NCBI GenBank assembly: GCA_000320545.1
Contig: ADNK01002465.1
Coordinates: 1 to 32,658, forward strand
Length of the DNA stretch: 32,658 nt
Direction of reading: 5' to 3'
From: Bigelowiella natans CCMP2755
Lineage: Eukaryota > Protista > Cercozoa
Below the pieces are notes generated by a model. It saw only the letters and a program-made list of their open reading frames with translations. It was not told where the DNA came from and did no database searches. The translations under genes were made by a program, and so were the position numbers. The stretch's first letter is position 1, and each line of letters opens with the position of its first letter. Shown here one piece after another: positions 12,685 through 24,506 of this stretch.

Positions 12685-12721
<37 letters not shown>

Positions 12722-13782
12722 CTTCCAACATGCCATGTATACGATGAACGTTTTTCTACTACCTTTAAGCAGCCACTGTTATGCTTGTTGCTCCAGCAAT
12801 GACTCTTGTTCAAAAACCAAGGGTTGCGGATGATGCTCACCTATTAGTATGTTGGTTCACGCATTGTTTTCTCCCTCTTCTCTCTCCCTACCCCCTGTCT
12901 CCCTCCGCCCACCTTCTATGTCTGTCTCTAGCTCTTTCTCTTCCCCTTAGTGCGGAAGAGAAATCCGATATGGATACAGATGTGAGGGGAGGTGCTCTCT
13001 CCCTCTCCCTCTCCCTCTTTGTTGGTTTGACTATCTATCGATCTTCCCCTCTAACACAACACAGGACAAGACCGTAGAGTATATCACAGTACAGCAAGAA
13101 CGCTAGAGCCCATAACACAGCACACCTGCCCCCAGTTGTACTCATTCAGCGTCACTGTACCATCCCTCCTCCCTGCACCATATGGGTGGAAGTGGTAGTT
13201 TTGGTTTGCTTTCAACGGGTTACTAGGCTTCTCCCACCACTTGACCGACACAGGAGAGGGGTCGAAGGCGTGCACAGTGCAATGGAACGGTGAGTTGGAC
13301 AAAGTCTCGCCGAAATGCGGTTGCTCTCGAATGCCGAAGTCATACACCAGGCAAGCCTTTCCATTGGGCTTGTGCGGGAGCGAGAAGAAATCGACGCATA
13401 TGGGGTGGTCAAAATCGCCCAGACAGTTTTTCTCCTCCACCCCGGCTGGGCAGCTGTACTCCTTCAAATCCGAGAGATGACTGCAATGCGCCCGGACCGT
13501 GGACTGTGCGAACGGGTCGCGATCCCAGGAAAGATAGGCATGGATTTTTGACTTGAGCATTCCCAGTTCTTCCTCGAGCTGGACCACACGTGCCCACCCG
13601 TTGCTACTTGTCTCCACTAGATGAGCCGACAGCACGACCCCCCCGATGATGAGACAGGTGAGCACCAACAGAAACCAGCGACACATGGAGCCGCCCGTGA
13701 TCCACATGCGCACCGTCCCGGCCATCTTCTTCATCCGTTCTGCTGATTCGCGACCCTGGATTCGAGTCCGTCGGGATAGCAT
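11724..13782 (-). CDS. SAM-dependent methyltransferase, METTL24/Methyltransf_22 (FkbM-related) family, with N-terminal membrane anchor
   Basis: Exons 13782-13126, 12840-12763, 12489-12416, 12271-12235 and 12029-11724, all GT-AG and in frame. Motifs CLVYDFGI, VHAFDPS, FHPYG, TMGSIMDELG|HDHVDVLKIDVE|GSEY, IDQLTVEWH. Hydrophobic segment WFLLVLTCLIIGGVVLSA. The exact start Met is uncertain. Confidence 0.87.
12687..12719. repeat. (AC)n microsatellite in a methyltransferase intron
   Basis: Perfect dinucleotide run. Confidence 0.95.
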
Positions 13783-14059
13783 AGCTAGATAGCGGTGAAT
13801 GAAAAAGAATGAAGTCCAGAGAAGTGGTTCCCGTAACAGGATCGTGGTCGTTGAGGTGAGAGACTCCGGAGACTCTCCTAAACGAACTCGACAAATTAGC
13901 TTGACACCAGCGACATGCTTCCTACTCGCATATTAAGTTGTCAAATAAAGTGAAATACGCAAAACATGTGATGACGTGATGAGAAAAAGGGAGTGTTTTC
14001 GGGTCCTTTTTACTTCAAGACTGACTTAAATGAGCAACCACCAAAACCTTACCTTTCAG

Positions 14060-14340
14060 ACGTTACACCTGGATCCTTCCGCGACCATCATGCCCGCACT
14101 CTCTCCACAGGAAGCTGAAATTAAAGCAGTGAGGCAGCCTGAACTTCCAGGTGCCGGCTCCAACTTCTAGTTTTCTGCTTCTGCCATTTATTGTTATATT
14201 GCAAAACAGATTTAGAGGCTGACAAAGAGCCAGTACTCCTGGGAGGTCGTGGCACAATTGGCTGACATTTGCACCAAAAGATGATTTAAATGTGACGACA
14301 GGCGACGAGGAAGACAAGGAGAATGAAGGAAGGTGCTACT
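14060..14340 (+). mobile_element. Degenerate Ty1/copia-type RNase H remnant with possible polypurine tract
   Basis: One frame carries PALSPQEAEIKAV (14093-14131; cf. copia VALSSTEAEYxA) and QLADICTK (14255-14278; cf. QLADIFTK). Two stops and an apparent internal deletion lie between them. A purine-rich stretch ending GAAGGAAGG|TG follows near 14330. Confidence 0.55.
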
Positions 14341-15450
14341 TCTGCTACACCAAGGGACCATGCGGATGTATCTTCATGACATTCTTCATGCTTCTCGGTA
14401 TCATTTGTGCTCACTGTGAATGAAGTTGTGCACTTCTTGTCCATGACCCAATTGGTTACGGACCTAAGAAATACACACTGATAAGGTCTCTTCTGCTGGG
14501 CCTTTGGTTTCGTCTTCCGAGGCGTGGTTTGCATCGTCACATGCCCTTGTCCTGGTGAGTACGTGTAGCGCAGACAAAAGGGACATCACGGCAACCACCA
14601 ACACTTTACCAACCCATAAGACAGAAGCTTGTTGGTTACATATTTTCTCGCTGCAATTTGTGCTCTCAGGTTCTACCATCTGTAATTGCTGCGCCGATCT
14701 TGCCTCCTGGTAGTGTTTTACGAGTCTATGCGTTTCATGAATTAGTGCTTTGCAGAAGCTGATTGTGTGGTGCTGCCCATTTTCGTAGGATGATATCCAT
14801 TCCAGCAAAGATGGGAAAGTGCATTGCTAGAGCCTGTCCTTGTTAGAAAATGGTGAAGTTGCAGTGGATGATTATAATTTAAAATCAATCGCTGAGAAAG
14901 ACTCCTTGGCGCATGCATGCGACATTTTGACTACTAGACTAGCTGAGTGCAGCACGCATTTGCATTCTCAATCGCGCACGGCCCTGCATGAGTGAACGAA
15001 TGACTAGCTAGCATGCATGTGAAGGTGTCATCAATGAATTATTTGACCGCCAGGCCATGGCAGCCATTGTGGCCGCCAATAAGCTGTGTGTCTGTATTGT
15101 CAATATATGCTATACTCATTTTGTGTTTAATTATTTGCAGCATGCGATGCATTTGCGATGCCCGGCGCTGAAAAATCCTCCACATATTACAAAAGCCTTT
15201 GTTGCAAAATCACCGACAAGCAACGCTCTTGCTGACGGCGATGCCGGAGCGCTCAAGAGAGAGGCAAAATTTATGCTTTTGATTGGCGCAGCTAGCTAGC
15301 TGCACAAATTTTACTTACATATGGGATATGGGCATAGCTAATAGGGCCGTAAACGCATCCACGCCACGCAGTTCCGCTACATCCGTGACATCAGATGTCT
15401 TTGCTAGATAGATGCACGATACTGTCACCGCCAGGGTGTAAAAATAAAGA
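14341..15450. other. Unassigned TGCA/CATG-rich intergenic DNA, probably decayed repeat material
   Basis: No spliceable gene and no microsatellites. Many TGCA/CATG/CTAG words; composition resembles 10950-11720. Confidence 0.35.
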
Positions 15451-15726
15451 CAATATTGATAGTATTTATTTAAAAAAAGTATCAGCAAGAGATACAGTGT
15501 TTATAGAACATATAGAATGTATGTTACACATATAATGTATTCAGCATCTATAGTTGTTGGGTGTGATTACGACCACATTGCTAGATCGAACCAGAACCTA
15601 ACGCAACGTACAATACTCGCAGGTGTACCTTATGCATATCTGCGACATAAGGATTCTAGATGCAGGATGCTCCTATTGGCGCTAGGTGAGTTTTACATAC
15701 ATCAAGAATGGGATGAAGCTGCGGCT

Positions 15727-15962
15727 TCATTCCGAAGCAGCCGCAGCCTGCTTGTTCATCGCTTTTATCCTGGCACATTTAGTGCAAGTAGACGGGGAGT
15801 AACACTCCCGGTGGAAGTAATCTTTACATGTTCGACACTGCAGCACCCTCTCCACCTTTTGTGAAAATGTACTTCAGTTCATTTAATCATGATCTGCTAC
15901 AAAGCTAGTGCGTAGACAATTCCATACCGAATCTCGACAACTCTCAACATTATATTTTCCTG

Positions 15963-16000
<38 letters not shown>

Positions 16001-17335
16001 CTTTTTATCCCTTCTCGCCAACGATTACCTGAAACGAGAAGCTGATAGTATCTTTAGCCTTGCAATTCGGATTGTCGCAGTAAAATCCCTGATTCGCATT
16101 GTTCCAAATCACATTAGAAAGATAGGCAGAGTGAGAAATACATAGTAGTATTCGACACCTTACCTTTACTGAGCAAGAGGTGCACTCTCGGCTCGTGACA
16201 TGATTGACCAGTTTCTGCGTGAGCTCAACGACCGACGCGTTGTCGTGGTTAATTGCATGCGCCAGGTCAAACAGGGAGAACGTCGGAGCTTTCTCCAGAA
16301 GATGTGAGAGACTGTATGATTTCACCGGGTGGGCGTCCTGAACCCATCGTTGCAACGTATCGCGCTTCTTGCAGGTGTGCACGAAGTTCTGCAGGGGAGG
16401 GGATGGAGTAGGAGGATGGTAAGGAGGAATATTTTCCAAGTCCTGCTGCCGCCGTCACAGCTGCTGGTGCTTTAGGCAATCACCAACCTCATCATCATCA
16501 TCAACCACAACACTCAGCAGCCATTATTACCTTCAAATGCTTCAGACGTTGGTGGAGGGCGAGGAGCATGCGGAATGAGCGATGGACCTAGAGCAGCGGG
16601 GAGGGTTGTTCAGAGGGAGGGACGCATAACACAGGGTGAGAGGAGCAGATATGTGGAGACTGAGGGCAGGAGGAATGATAGAAGAAAGAGAAAAAGAGAG
16701 GATCAAGAGAATGCAAACCTGAGACAGCTTTCGGTTCTTCTTTGTGATGTTAATGAGTGGCAGACGATAAATACTGGTGAGGAAGGCAAATGCCATGTTG
16801 CTCACACACTTCGGCTCTGCATCGCCCTGATGTAGCACGTGCACGCATTTTCATTAAAATTCTGACGATTTCTCTACCCCCCCCCCCTATCTTTCCCTCT
16901 CTCTCCCTCTATGTGCGTGTGGGTGTGTGGGTGTGTATGGATGTGCAAAATGTGTAAATGATTTTTCCCAGCAGAAGCAGCAGTAGCAATTGCATCATCA
17001 TCAGGCTACAGGAACAGTAGTCTTACACACCCTAAAGATAAGATACGAAGGGACAACAGCCTTCCTCTTTCCGGAGCAGCAGCTAGTACACATGAAAAAC
17101 CCTGAAGGCAGCAGCATGGAGACTATCAGCAAGAAAAAGCAACTTCGATTTAAAAATCGTGGAGAGATTGGTCCTCTACCGGTGTAGTAGCAGAAGTTGC
17201 CTTTGTAGGTTGTGAACATCACGTTTTCCGTCGCCTCGATCTGGTGGAAAACAGGAGTTGAAGAATTAAAACAGAAATGGAATCATTCGCTCCCTCTTGG
17301 CTCATTGTGCAATCAATTTATCGATGGGAGTCGTA

Positions 17336-17369
<34 letters not shown>

Positions 17370-18059
17370 CGCTAGCGCAGTAGTTATGTCATTACTTCTA
17401 TATTTGCGGCCATTACATCAGCTATATCCGATGAAATACATTCAATCTCTCTCGTTTTCCCCTCTTGCCATCCTTTCCTCCATTCCCCATTGCCCCCCCC
17501 CCCCCCCTCCCCTCCTCTCTCTTCCTTTGAATAAGTGGCGCATTCTTCTTAGCCCTCCTGAGTGTGGTTGCTGCTACTACCTCAGCGTCGCATTCCGGGC
17601 ACTTTCCATTCTGGTCCTCCACCATTTGCTTTGGAGTTTTCTTCTCGTACTGTCGCCACAGAAGGAAGAATCCGGGCACCTTGTAGAGAAAGAGAATAAC
17701 ATTGACGATGGAATTGCTTTCCCGTCTGTGGTCGTCGCCGTTGACGCCATACATAAACATCCAATGCGAATGGGGTTAAGGGGGAGGAAGAAGATAGAAA
17801 GGCCGAACGTACGAGAGAATCGCCTCCATTCTCTAGTGCGCCGACCGGGGCCTGTTGGATGACCATCAGGGCCCTTTTGTCCCAGGGAACAACCTACCAC
17901 AACCACCGCCTCGTCAGCAACAACAGGGACTCATCAACAAGGACATAAACCCGCAGAGGCGAGCGGAGGAGGGCGACAACCTGTTTCATCTTCGCGTCCC
18001 ATCCACCCCCAGTCTTCAACATATTGGCCTCCATTCCCCGCCCTCCCTCTGATGCTGTC

Positions 18060-18092
<33 letters not shown>

Positions 18093-20179
18093 ATAGCCGA
18101 TTTACTACTGTGGTTTGCAGCAGTACTATGGCTGTCCTCTTCATCAGCGTCGTGCTTGGTATCGCTGTCATTGTTATCACTAAATATATCGAGACTCCTC
18201 GAGATGATGCTGCTGACTGTGTTCTTTGCTTCTCGTTCCTTCCGCATCCTTCTCCTACGCATTAATCTTTTTCTTCCCCCCTCCTCTCCTCCCTCCGTAT
18301 CATTCCCCGAATCGCCGTCGTCATTGGATCCAATTGCTACCGTGCCCTCGCTCTAAGAGGAAAGAAAAACGTGGGGAGGGGGGAAAAGGTTGAGACGATT
18401 TTCAATTTTAAATCCATTCGTTGGGGATGAAGACATAAGACTTCTTCTTCTTCTTCTTCTTATCGTTATTAGTCTCCTCATCGCCATACTTCTCAACCTT
18501 GGGAACTGCGCCATCATCTTCATGAGCTTCGTTATTTTCCTCCTCCACTTCCCCCTCGCCGCTAGCACGCCAGTCGCCATGATTTCTGTCATCATCGACT
18601 GCGCGATTAGCGTCTTGTTCCACATGGACGCCTCTTCTGGGGGTGTTTGTGTCGCTGCCGGTGGCGCTACTATAGCTGCTGCTGCGGCCTTCTCGCTGCT
18701 GATTTCTCTTCTTCCTATTCTTTTCTTCTACAAGGAGCTCTTGGTAGGCGGTGAGATCCGGGCGACTCACTATGACGTTGAAAGGCAGCTCAGCAGTAGC
18801 GATGGCTGCCTTGAGAGACAAAGGGCCCGAGATCGGCTGTCCGTCCACGTATCTGCATGCAAAGAATGGAATGAGGAGACTATACGACTACCCTCCTTCT
18901 CCTCTCCTTCCTCCTATGTCTACTGCTGCTGCTACTACTACAACTACTACAATTACTCTCCTTGTCGGTATCACTCACAGTATCTCGTCGAGCGGGCGGA
19001 TAGCCTGCGTGTAAGGAACGACAAGGTCCACCACCGTGCTTCCTGGCCTCAGCACAACCTCTTCGATTTGCCGCCGCACGATCACTTTCATGCGCTTCCT
19101 CTTCATTTCGGGATCCTCCGCCGTTCCAGCGCTGCCGTGAGCGTTCTCACCGGTGGCGCTGTCCTTGTGGATGAGATCGTCAAGGTCGTTGCCGGAGTCC
19201 CCCGAGTCCTCAGATCGTTCCAACGAAAGACACATCAGCTGGAGAAGGAAAAGAAGAGGAGGAGGAGGAGGAGGAGGAGGAGGAGGAAGAGGAGATTTAG
19301 AACCACCACCACCATCATCACTGTCAGCATCGTGATCTTCATCATTATCATCATCATCATTTCCAATAAAAAATCGTCTCCTTTTTCCACCTGAGCTGCG
19401 CCGTCTGCCGCCCTCGAAATCGTCCAGCCCTGTGCGTGCCTGACCCACTTCCCCTCTACCTCGCTGACGTTGATCTCATACCCCGGATCCACGTAGCCAA
19501 TCACCGGCGACACGTAGCTGGGGGACGCCCGAACGGCCACTCGAGTGCCCGATACAACCTTCCACGGGGCGCCTCTTGTGCTGATTCTCGACATCGCGCC
19601 CTCTGACTCGCTCTGTGAACGCGATTCCAGCTGCTCTTGAAGATCTTCCATCTGGTCCTGCGATTTGCGCAGCTGCTCTCGGAGCTCTTGGAGCTGTTGT
19701 TCGTAGTGGCTCTCCTCCTTGGTGACCTTCATCTGCTGCTCCTCAAGTGCTTCCTTCAGCATTAGGCGCAGCCGCCGTTTCTCGCGCCGCTCGCGGTGCT
19801 TTCTCCGCCGAGCCTTTCGATCCTTAGCGTCCTTCTGCTCCTTATCCGACATTAACTTTGGGGGGAGGGGGGGAGGAGGATTGATGAGGAGGAGGTGGTG
19901 GGTGGAATAGAGCAATACATGTTAGAAGAATGTGGGACGTTAGAATATGGAAGGAAAATCGCAGGATCTCTGACTCAGTGCCTATACCTCTTTGACGACT
20001 CCTGCAGAGCGGCTGCCTCGTCTTCGCCTGCACGAGGAGGAGACGGAGGAGCAATCATCACTGCGCTCGGCTTTAGGGTAAATCTGGGATTCAATAAAGG
20101 GGTCTTCCTCTGAACCATCTGTCCGCCGCTGCTGATGATGATCCCCAGCCTCCGACACCTTTTCGCTGCAGGTAAAAGA

Positions 20180-20222
<43 letters not shown>

Positions 20223-21550
20223 CGATTGAATGGGTGCGAGAGAAATAACAGAAGTAGAAGCAGCCGACAATGATGAGAATGGCAACAATGGTGCTTGATT
20301 CTCAATTCTCTTCTTCCTCATTCACAAAGATAACACACGTACCCATCAACCACAGGCACAACAAGACTCCCCCCCCCTCTCTCCTCCTCCAGATATTGCT
20401 ACATTTGCGTTATTATTACCGATCGCTGAATAAGTCGTCGCCCGAGCGATCGCCATAGAGGCTGCCTTCCCCCCCGTGCCGCACCTCGGCTCCTCTTTCC
20501 CTTCTTGCAGAAAATGGGAGGGGGCCGCGTGGGCTGGAATGCTTGAAATCGAGTGTGCGATGACGCTGGCCACCATGAAGTCCTTTGGAGTCGTCCTCGT
20601 TAGCAGCCTCTCCGCTATAATAGTAATTGTGCGAGGAGTAGGAGGGGGAGGACACCGCATTTCCCATCATCGAGGTCTTTGATTGCATCCCTGAGTTTAA
20701 TTGTTTTAGGTCAAATGAGGTGGAGGGGAAGCAATGGAACAAATTCTATGAGCCTTCGGAAAGTGCATAGCAATAGAGTAGCACATGTAACAGTAGCAGT
20801 AGAAGCAGTGGAAGATGTCCGCCATCCTATTCTAGCTAAATGTGATGCTATAGTGGCAGTACGAGTCCCCGTGTGTCATACATGCACGCGCAAGCCCATG
20901 GAAAAAAGGCCGAGACACGATAACAAACTACTATCGTGGTACTAGTGCTACTACCGAATTCAGATTCGTTCACCCATCCTTCTGCATTGATCAAAGGGTC
21001 CTTCTCCTCCTCGTAAGCTCCCCCCCCCTCACCATCCGCTCTCCATACAGTTCTCTCGCGCTTCACGGTCTCTTCCCACGGAAACCTGAAGAGGAGAGAA
21101 GGTGAGTGAGTAAGAAAGACGATACTCATGATAATGGGGAGGGGGGCAAAGACAGCGATCCCCTTTTCGGAGGGGACGGAACGATGCTGGGAGATTGTTA
21201 TATGACTGATCGACCATGCCCACGTGCATTTTTCATCAACTATCAACCCACCCTTCCTCAGGGCGCATGCCGATTCCTGCTTTAGCATAGCTGGCCCGAA
21301 GGCCGAACTTTCGTCCTCGTCCGGTCTTACTTTTCTTGCCTTTTTTCTTCTTCCGCCTACGCCGAGAAGCGCCCTTGATGGCTACAAAGGCGTTGCCGGT
21401 TCGTGATTTCTCCTGTTCAAAGGAAAATCAGTGAGTCTTTCTGAATGGGAAAACCTGCGGCATACATGCGACTACTATTTATCTACGATAGCCGACCGCC
21501 TCGATCCACTTGTTGACGGACTTCTTATAGTAACGGGGCGGGTACACTGA

Positions 21551-21581
<31 letters not shown>

Positions 21582-23765
21582 AAACATGACGTGGCAGTAA
21601 AGATCTCTTTCTTTCTCCCACTTTCTCTTTCGCTCTCGCCCCCCCCCTCCTCCGCCCTCTATACCACTAGCACAACCTTTGCTATAGAAGTCATCCACTC
21701 TTTTCCATCGATACGGTACTCCCTTGTGAAGCTATTAATGACAAAGACGATGAGCGAAGACGGCTATTACTACGTTTCTTTGCCAACAAACTTCAAAATA
21801 TCGGTGAATAATGATACAGAGGCGTAAGCACGCATATATTTTTTGAAGGTGCATACGAAAGGTTCATCAATAACACATCCCATCCGCGTTCGGAGTACCT
21901 GCAGGTTGAAGCGGAGAGGAAGCAACTGCCGTAGCGCTGTGACCAAAATCTCGATATGTTCCTATCCATTCCATGAAATGGCATATCGACAACGATATTA
22001 TTGGGAGGCGGCATATTAGTTGCGGAGACTTGGGGAATTGCTGATAATACTGACCTCACTCGCGCAGACGGCGTAGGGTTCATACATCAGTACCATCATC
22101 CTGCATGGGGGGGAGGAGTGTCAGTTGTTGGCAACATAGAAGACGGGAGCAGAAACAGCATAAACGAAGGACTTGTATGTGTGCCATATGATTCCACGTC
22201 ATATGGTTGCCCTATTAACCGCCCCTCCCCTCTCTCTCTCCTCTCTTGTTCCTCCACTCCTAACACTCCTTACGATAGCGACTTGGGAGCAGCATGCTTA
22301 TCTTTAGCCTTGCTGTCTACTTGAATGAAGATGTTCGCCATATCGCCGATTAGCTTTAACGTCTCCCCCATGCGGGAGCACATCAAAACGTACCGAAGCC
22401 ACGCGCGGCCTACATAGAGAGAGATGGCGGTGAGTAATGACGAGAGGAACAGAGGACGGCAAATATTTGCCGTCCGTGTGTTTGCGCCGGTTTTCTTCCT
22501 ATGACAAATTACATGGCAGTAATAGCATATATTGACACCTCTACTCGTCATATCCTTGTCGTTGTTCAGAACTAGAGAATCAGCAAACTTCACGTCAGAG
22601 AAGAAGGTGCTGTACCTAAGAACAGGAGAAGGGGGGGGAGGGGAGGGGCACACATCTTGTGTTATGGCAATATGGATGAAAGAAGAGCGAGAAATCGTGG
22701 GCACCTTCCGCCGTATCCGTACTGTCGTTCAACTGTTTCTGCGAGCATGAGCACCATCTCCCAGAAAGAGCCCGCCTATTTGTCACAGACACATATTGAC
22801 GTTGATACCGACAATAAACGGTTATGAAGAAGTAACAACGGGGTCATATACAACTATCTATTCACGAACCTTGCTTTGTTTGGTCTTCAATCCATATAGA
22901 AGGCATCGCTGAAGACAATATTGTCAGAACATAAGCTTCTTTTCTATGTAATTTTTCTAGTTTATTGACACAAAATTAGAGATTTGAACCTCGAGACAAC
23001 TGACAAGATGCTCCGAATGGTCGTCGTTGATTACGATTGGTATCTGCTTAAAATCGTTCTAAAAGAGACAAGATGTTAGTGAGAATCCACAACAATTCTG
23101 AACGATCAATACAGTGCTTGGGGGCGTTGTTGTGTTACCACATACCGACCTTGTCATGTGTGTCATTCTTCTTGTCAGATCGAAGATTCTGCGTAAACAT
23201 GCAATACAGATTAGCTGTGTCAATATTCGCATGTAACACGTTTAATAGTTTCCTAGCTGACCCACCTCCTCTTCCGTTTTCCGCTGCTCCTGCTGTACAC
23301 GTTCCTTCTATTTCACCAAGTGAATACGTAAGTTTTGACTTAGTTCAGAAAATCATAAAAGTGCACATCATGTGCAATAGTGTTCGTCATCCTCAACAGA
23401 CCTCGACAGTTTCCATATATGTTCGCATGATAGATTTGATTCCAGCGCACACATCCTGCACCTTCAATACCACAGCACAGCGTAAAATTTCATCGCCGAA
23501 CGACTGACGAACACACAGCTCGAAACTCGCGTGTGGCAGTGTATTTTGCATGTTAACATCGCTTTAATGCAAAATTCGAACGATGTTGCTTATAACATGC
23601 GGTAAACGGAAAAGATCCTCTGCAGAAATATTCATCCGCCTACTCCCCCACAGTTCACGAAGGTATATTAAGGTCTTCTCCAAAATGAAAATTCAACTTC
23701 TAATGGGAAAATACCACAAAGTGCCGATACTCCTGACGGGCTGTGGTGATCCTTAGTTGGTTCAT
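15727..23765 (-). CDS. RUN-domain and Rubicon-homology (zf-RING_9) protein, PLEKHM1/Rubicon/DEF8-related, with internal coiled coil, SH3b-like and PDZ-like domains; more than 20 exons
   Basis: RUN: HLVSCLE|RCLLYGLK, SFWEMV, G|RAWLRYVL, MYEPYAVCASE|EHIEILVTALRQLLPLRFNL (about 23460-21900). SH3b-like: VAVRASPSYVSPVIGYVDPGYEINVSEVEGKWVRHAQGW. PDZ-like: IRPLDEIL|YVDGQPI...PFNVIVSRP. RH: QNGKCPEC, FCYYTG|FFMCTSC, VVPSYLIFR|GD, PLINI, HVTSRECTSCSVK|GFYCDNPNC, CRTCKDYFHRECYSPSTCTKCAR; TGA at 15729-15727. The 5' end is uncertain; ATG 23765 is the most parsimonious start. Confidence 0.85.
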
Positions 23766-24506
23766 CCTCTCCTTGCTTCTATTGCACAGAGCTTACTTCA
23801 GTCTAAATGACGATGAAGATGCAGCGGGGTGCTTTGGGGGGAGTGGGGAAATCGGGGTTATGTTCTTCTTCTTGTGATTGAGGGCCGAATTGATCCTTTT
23901 ATCGCTCAAATTCTCTGACAGAATCAGGTCGTACCAATGAAATGGTCTGCGATCCGTCTTCGTTGGCTCATGAAATACGACACAGATGAGCGACTGAGTG
24001 AAATATGATTGGATTGACTGATGGACTGATATGAGTGACAATGGAGATGGCCAATTTATTCGTACGACAACCAAAATGAGAGGTCTTCATGAAAAAATCG
24101 GTTTGTTTCTTCTCGCCTCCGGTCCCTCTCACTGGTCCGTTACCGTGCCCTCATCCGCTCTAAGCGAGGGCGACGTGACAATTGAAGAGCGAATTTAGGC
24201 GAAAAAATGAATATAATGGAATTTTCAAGGCTAAAACCGCCTGTGTTCCAAAGGAAGCGGAGCTCATGAAAACATGTGCCGAGACAGGTAAATGGGATTT
24301 ATTACTTGTAGAGTTGAGTATTATTAGAGTTATCAATTGCATCCGAGCAGAATCCAAAAACCTCGGAACTACGGTATCAAGTACGAGGACGCAACATCAA
24401 GCTCTACCATTGGAATCAATTTATTCGTTGGTTCGTTCAAGCAAAAGCAATCCCGACACCACTTTTCACTCCAACCGTCAAGTAGTAGCTTCTTCAACCG
24501 TCGTCA
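23766..24506. promoter_or_regulatory. Divergent intergenic region and 5' UTRs, RUN-RH gene / NEK; includes a likely NEK 5'-UTR intron (about 24288-24350)
   Basis: Head-to-head starts; CAG|GTAAAT...GCAG pair on the + strand upstream of the NEK ATG. Confidence 0.45.

Noticed and set aside
16826-17045. Apparent non-canonical intron in the RH domain (no AG before the ORF-track peptide HVLHQGD)
   Set aside because: A canonical path exists: VVPSYLIFR|GTGTGT...CATCAG|GDAEPK gives exactly the RH consensus length
17212-19394. Long plus-strand ORFs (216 aa and 334 aa) that look hydrophobic or membrane-like
   Set aside because: They are antisense to acidic/basic low-complexity exons of the RUN-RH gene; the hydrophobicity comes from complementary GAA/GAT codons
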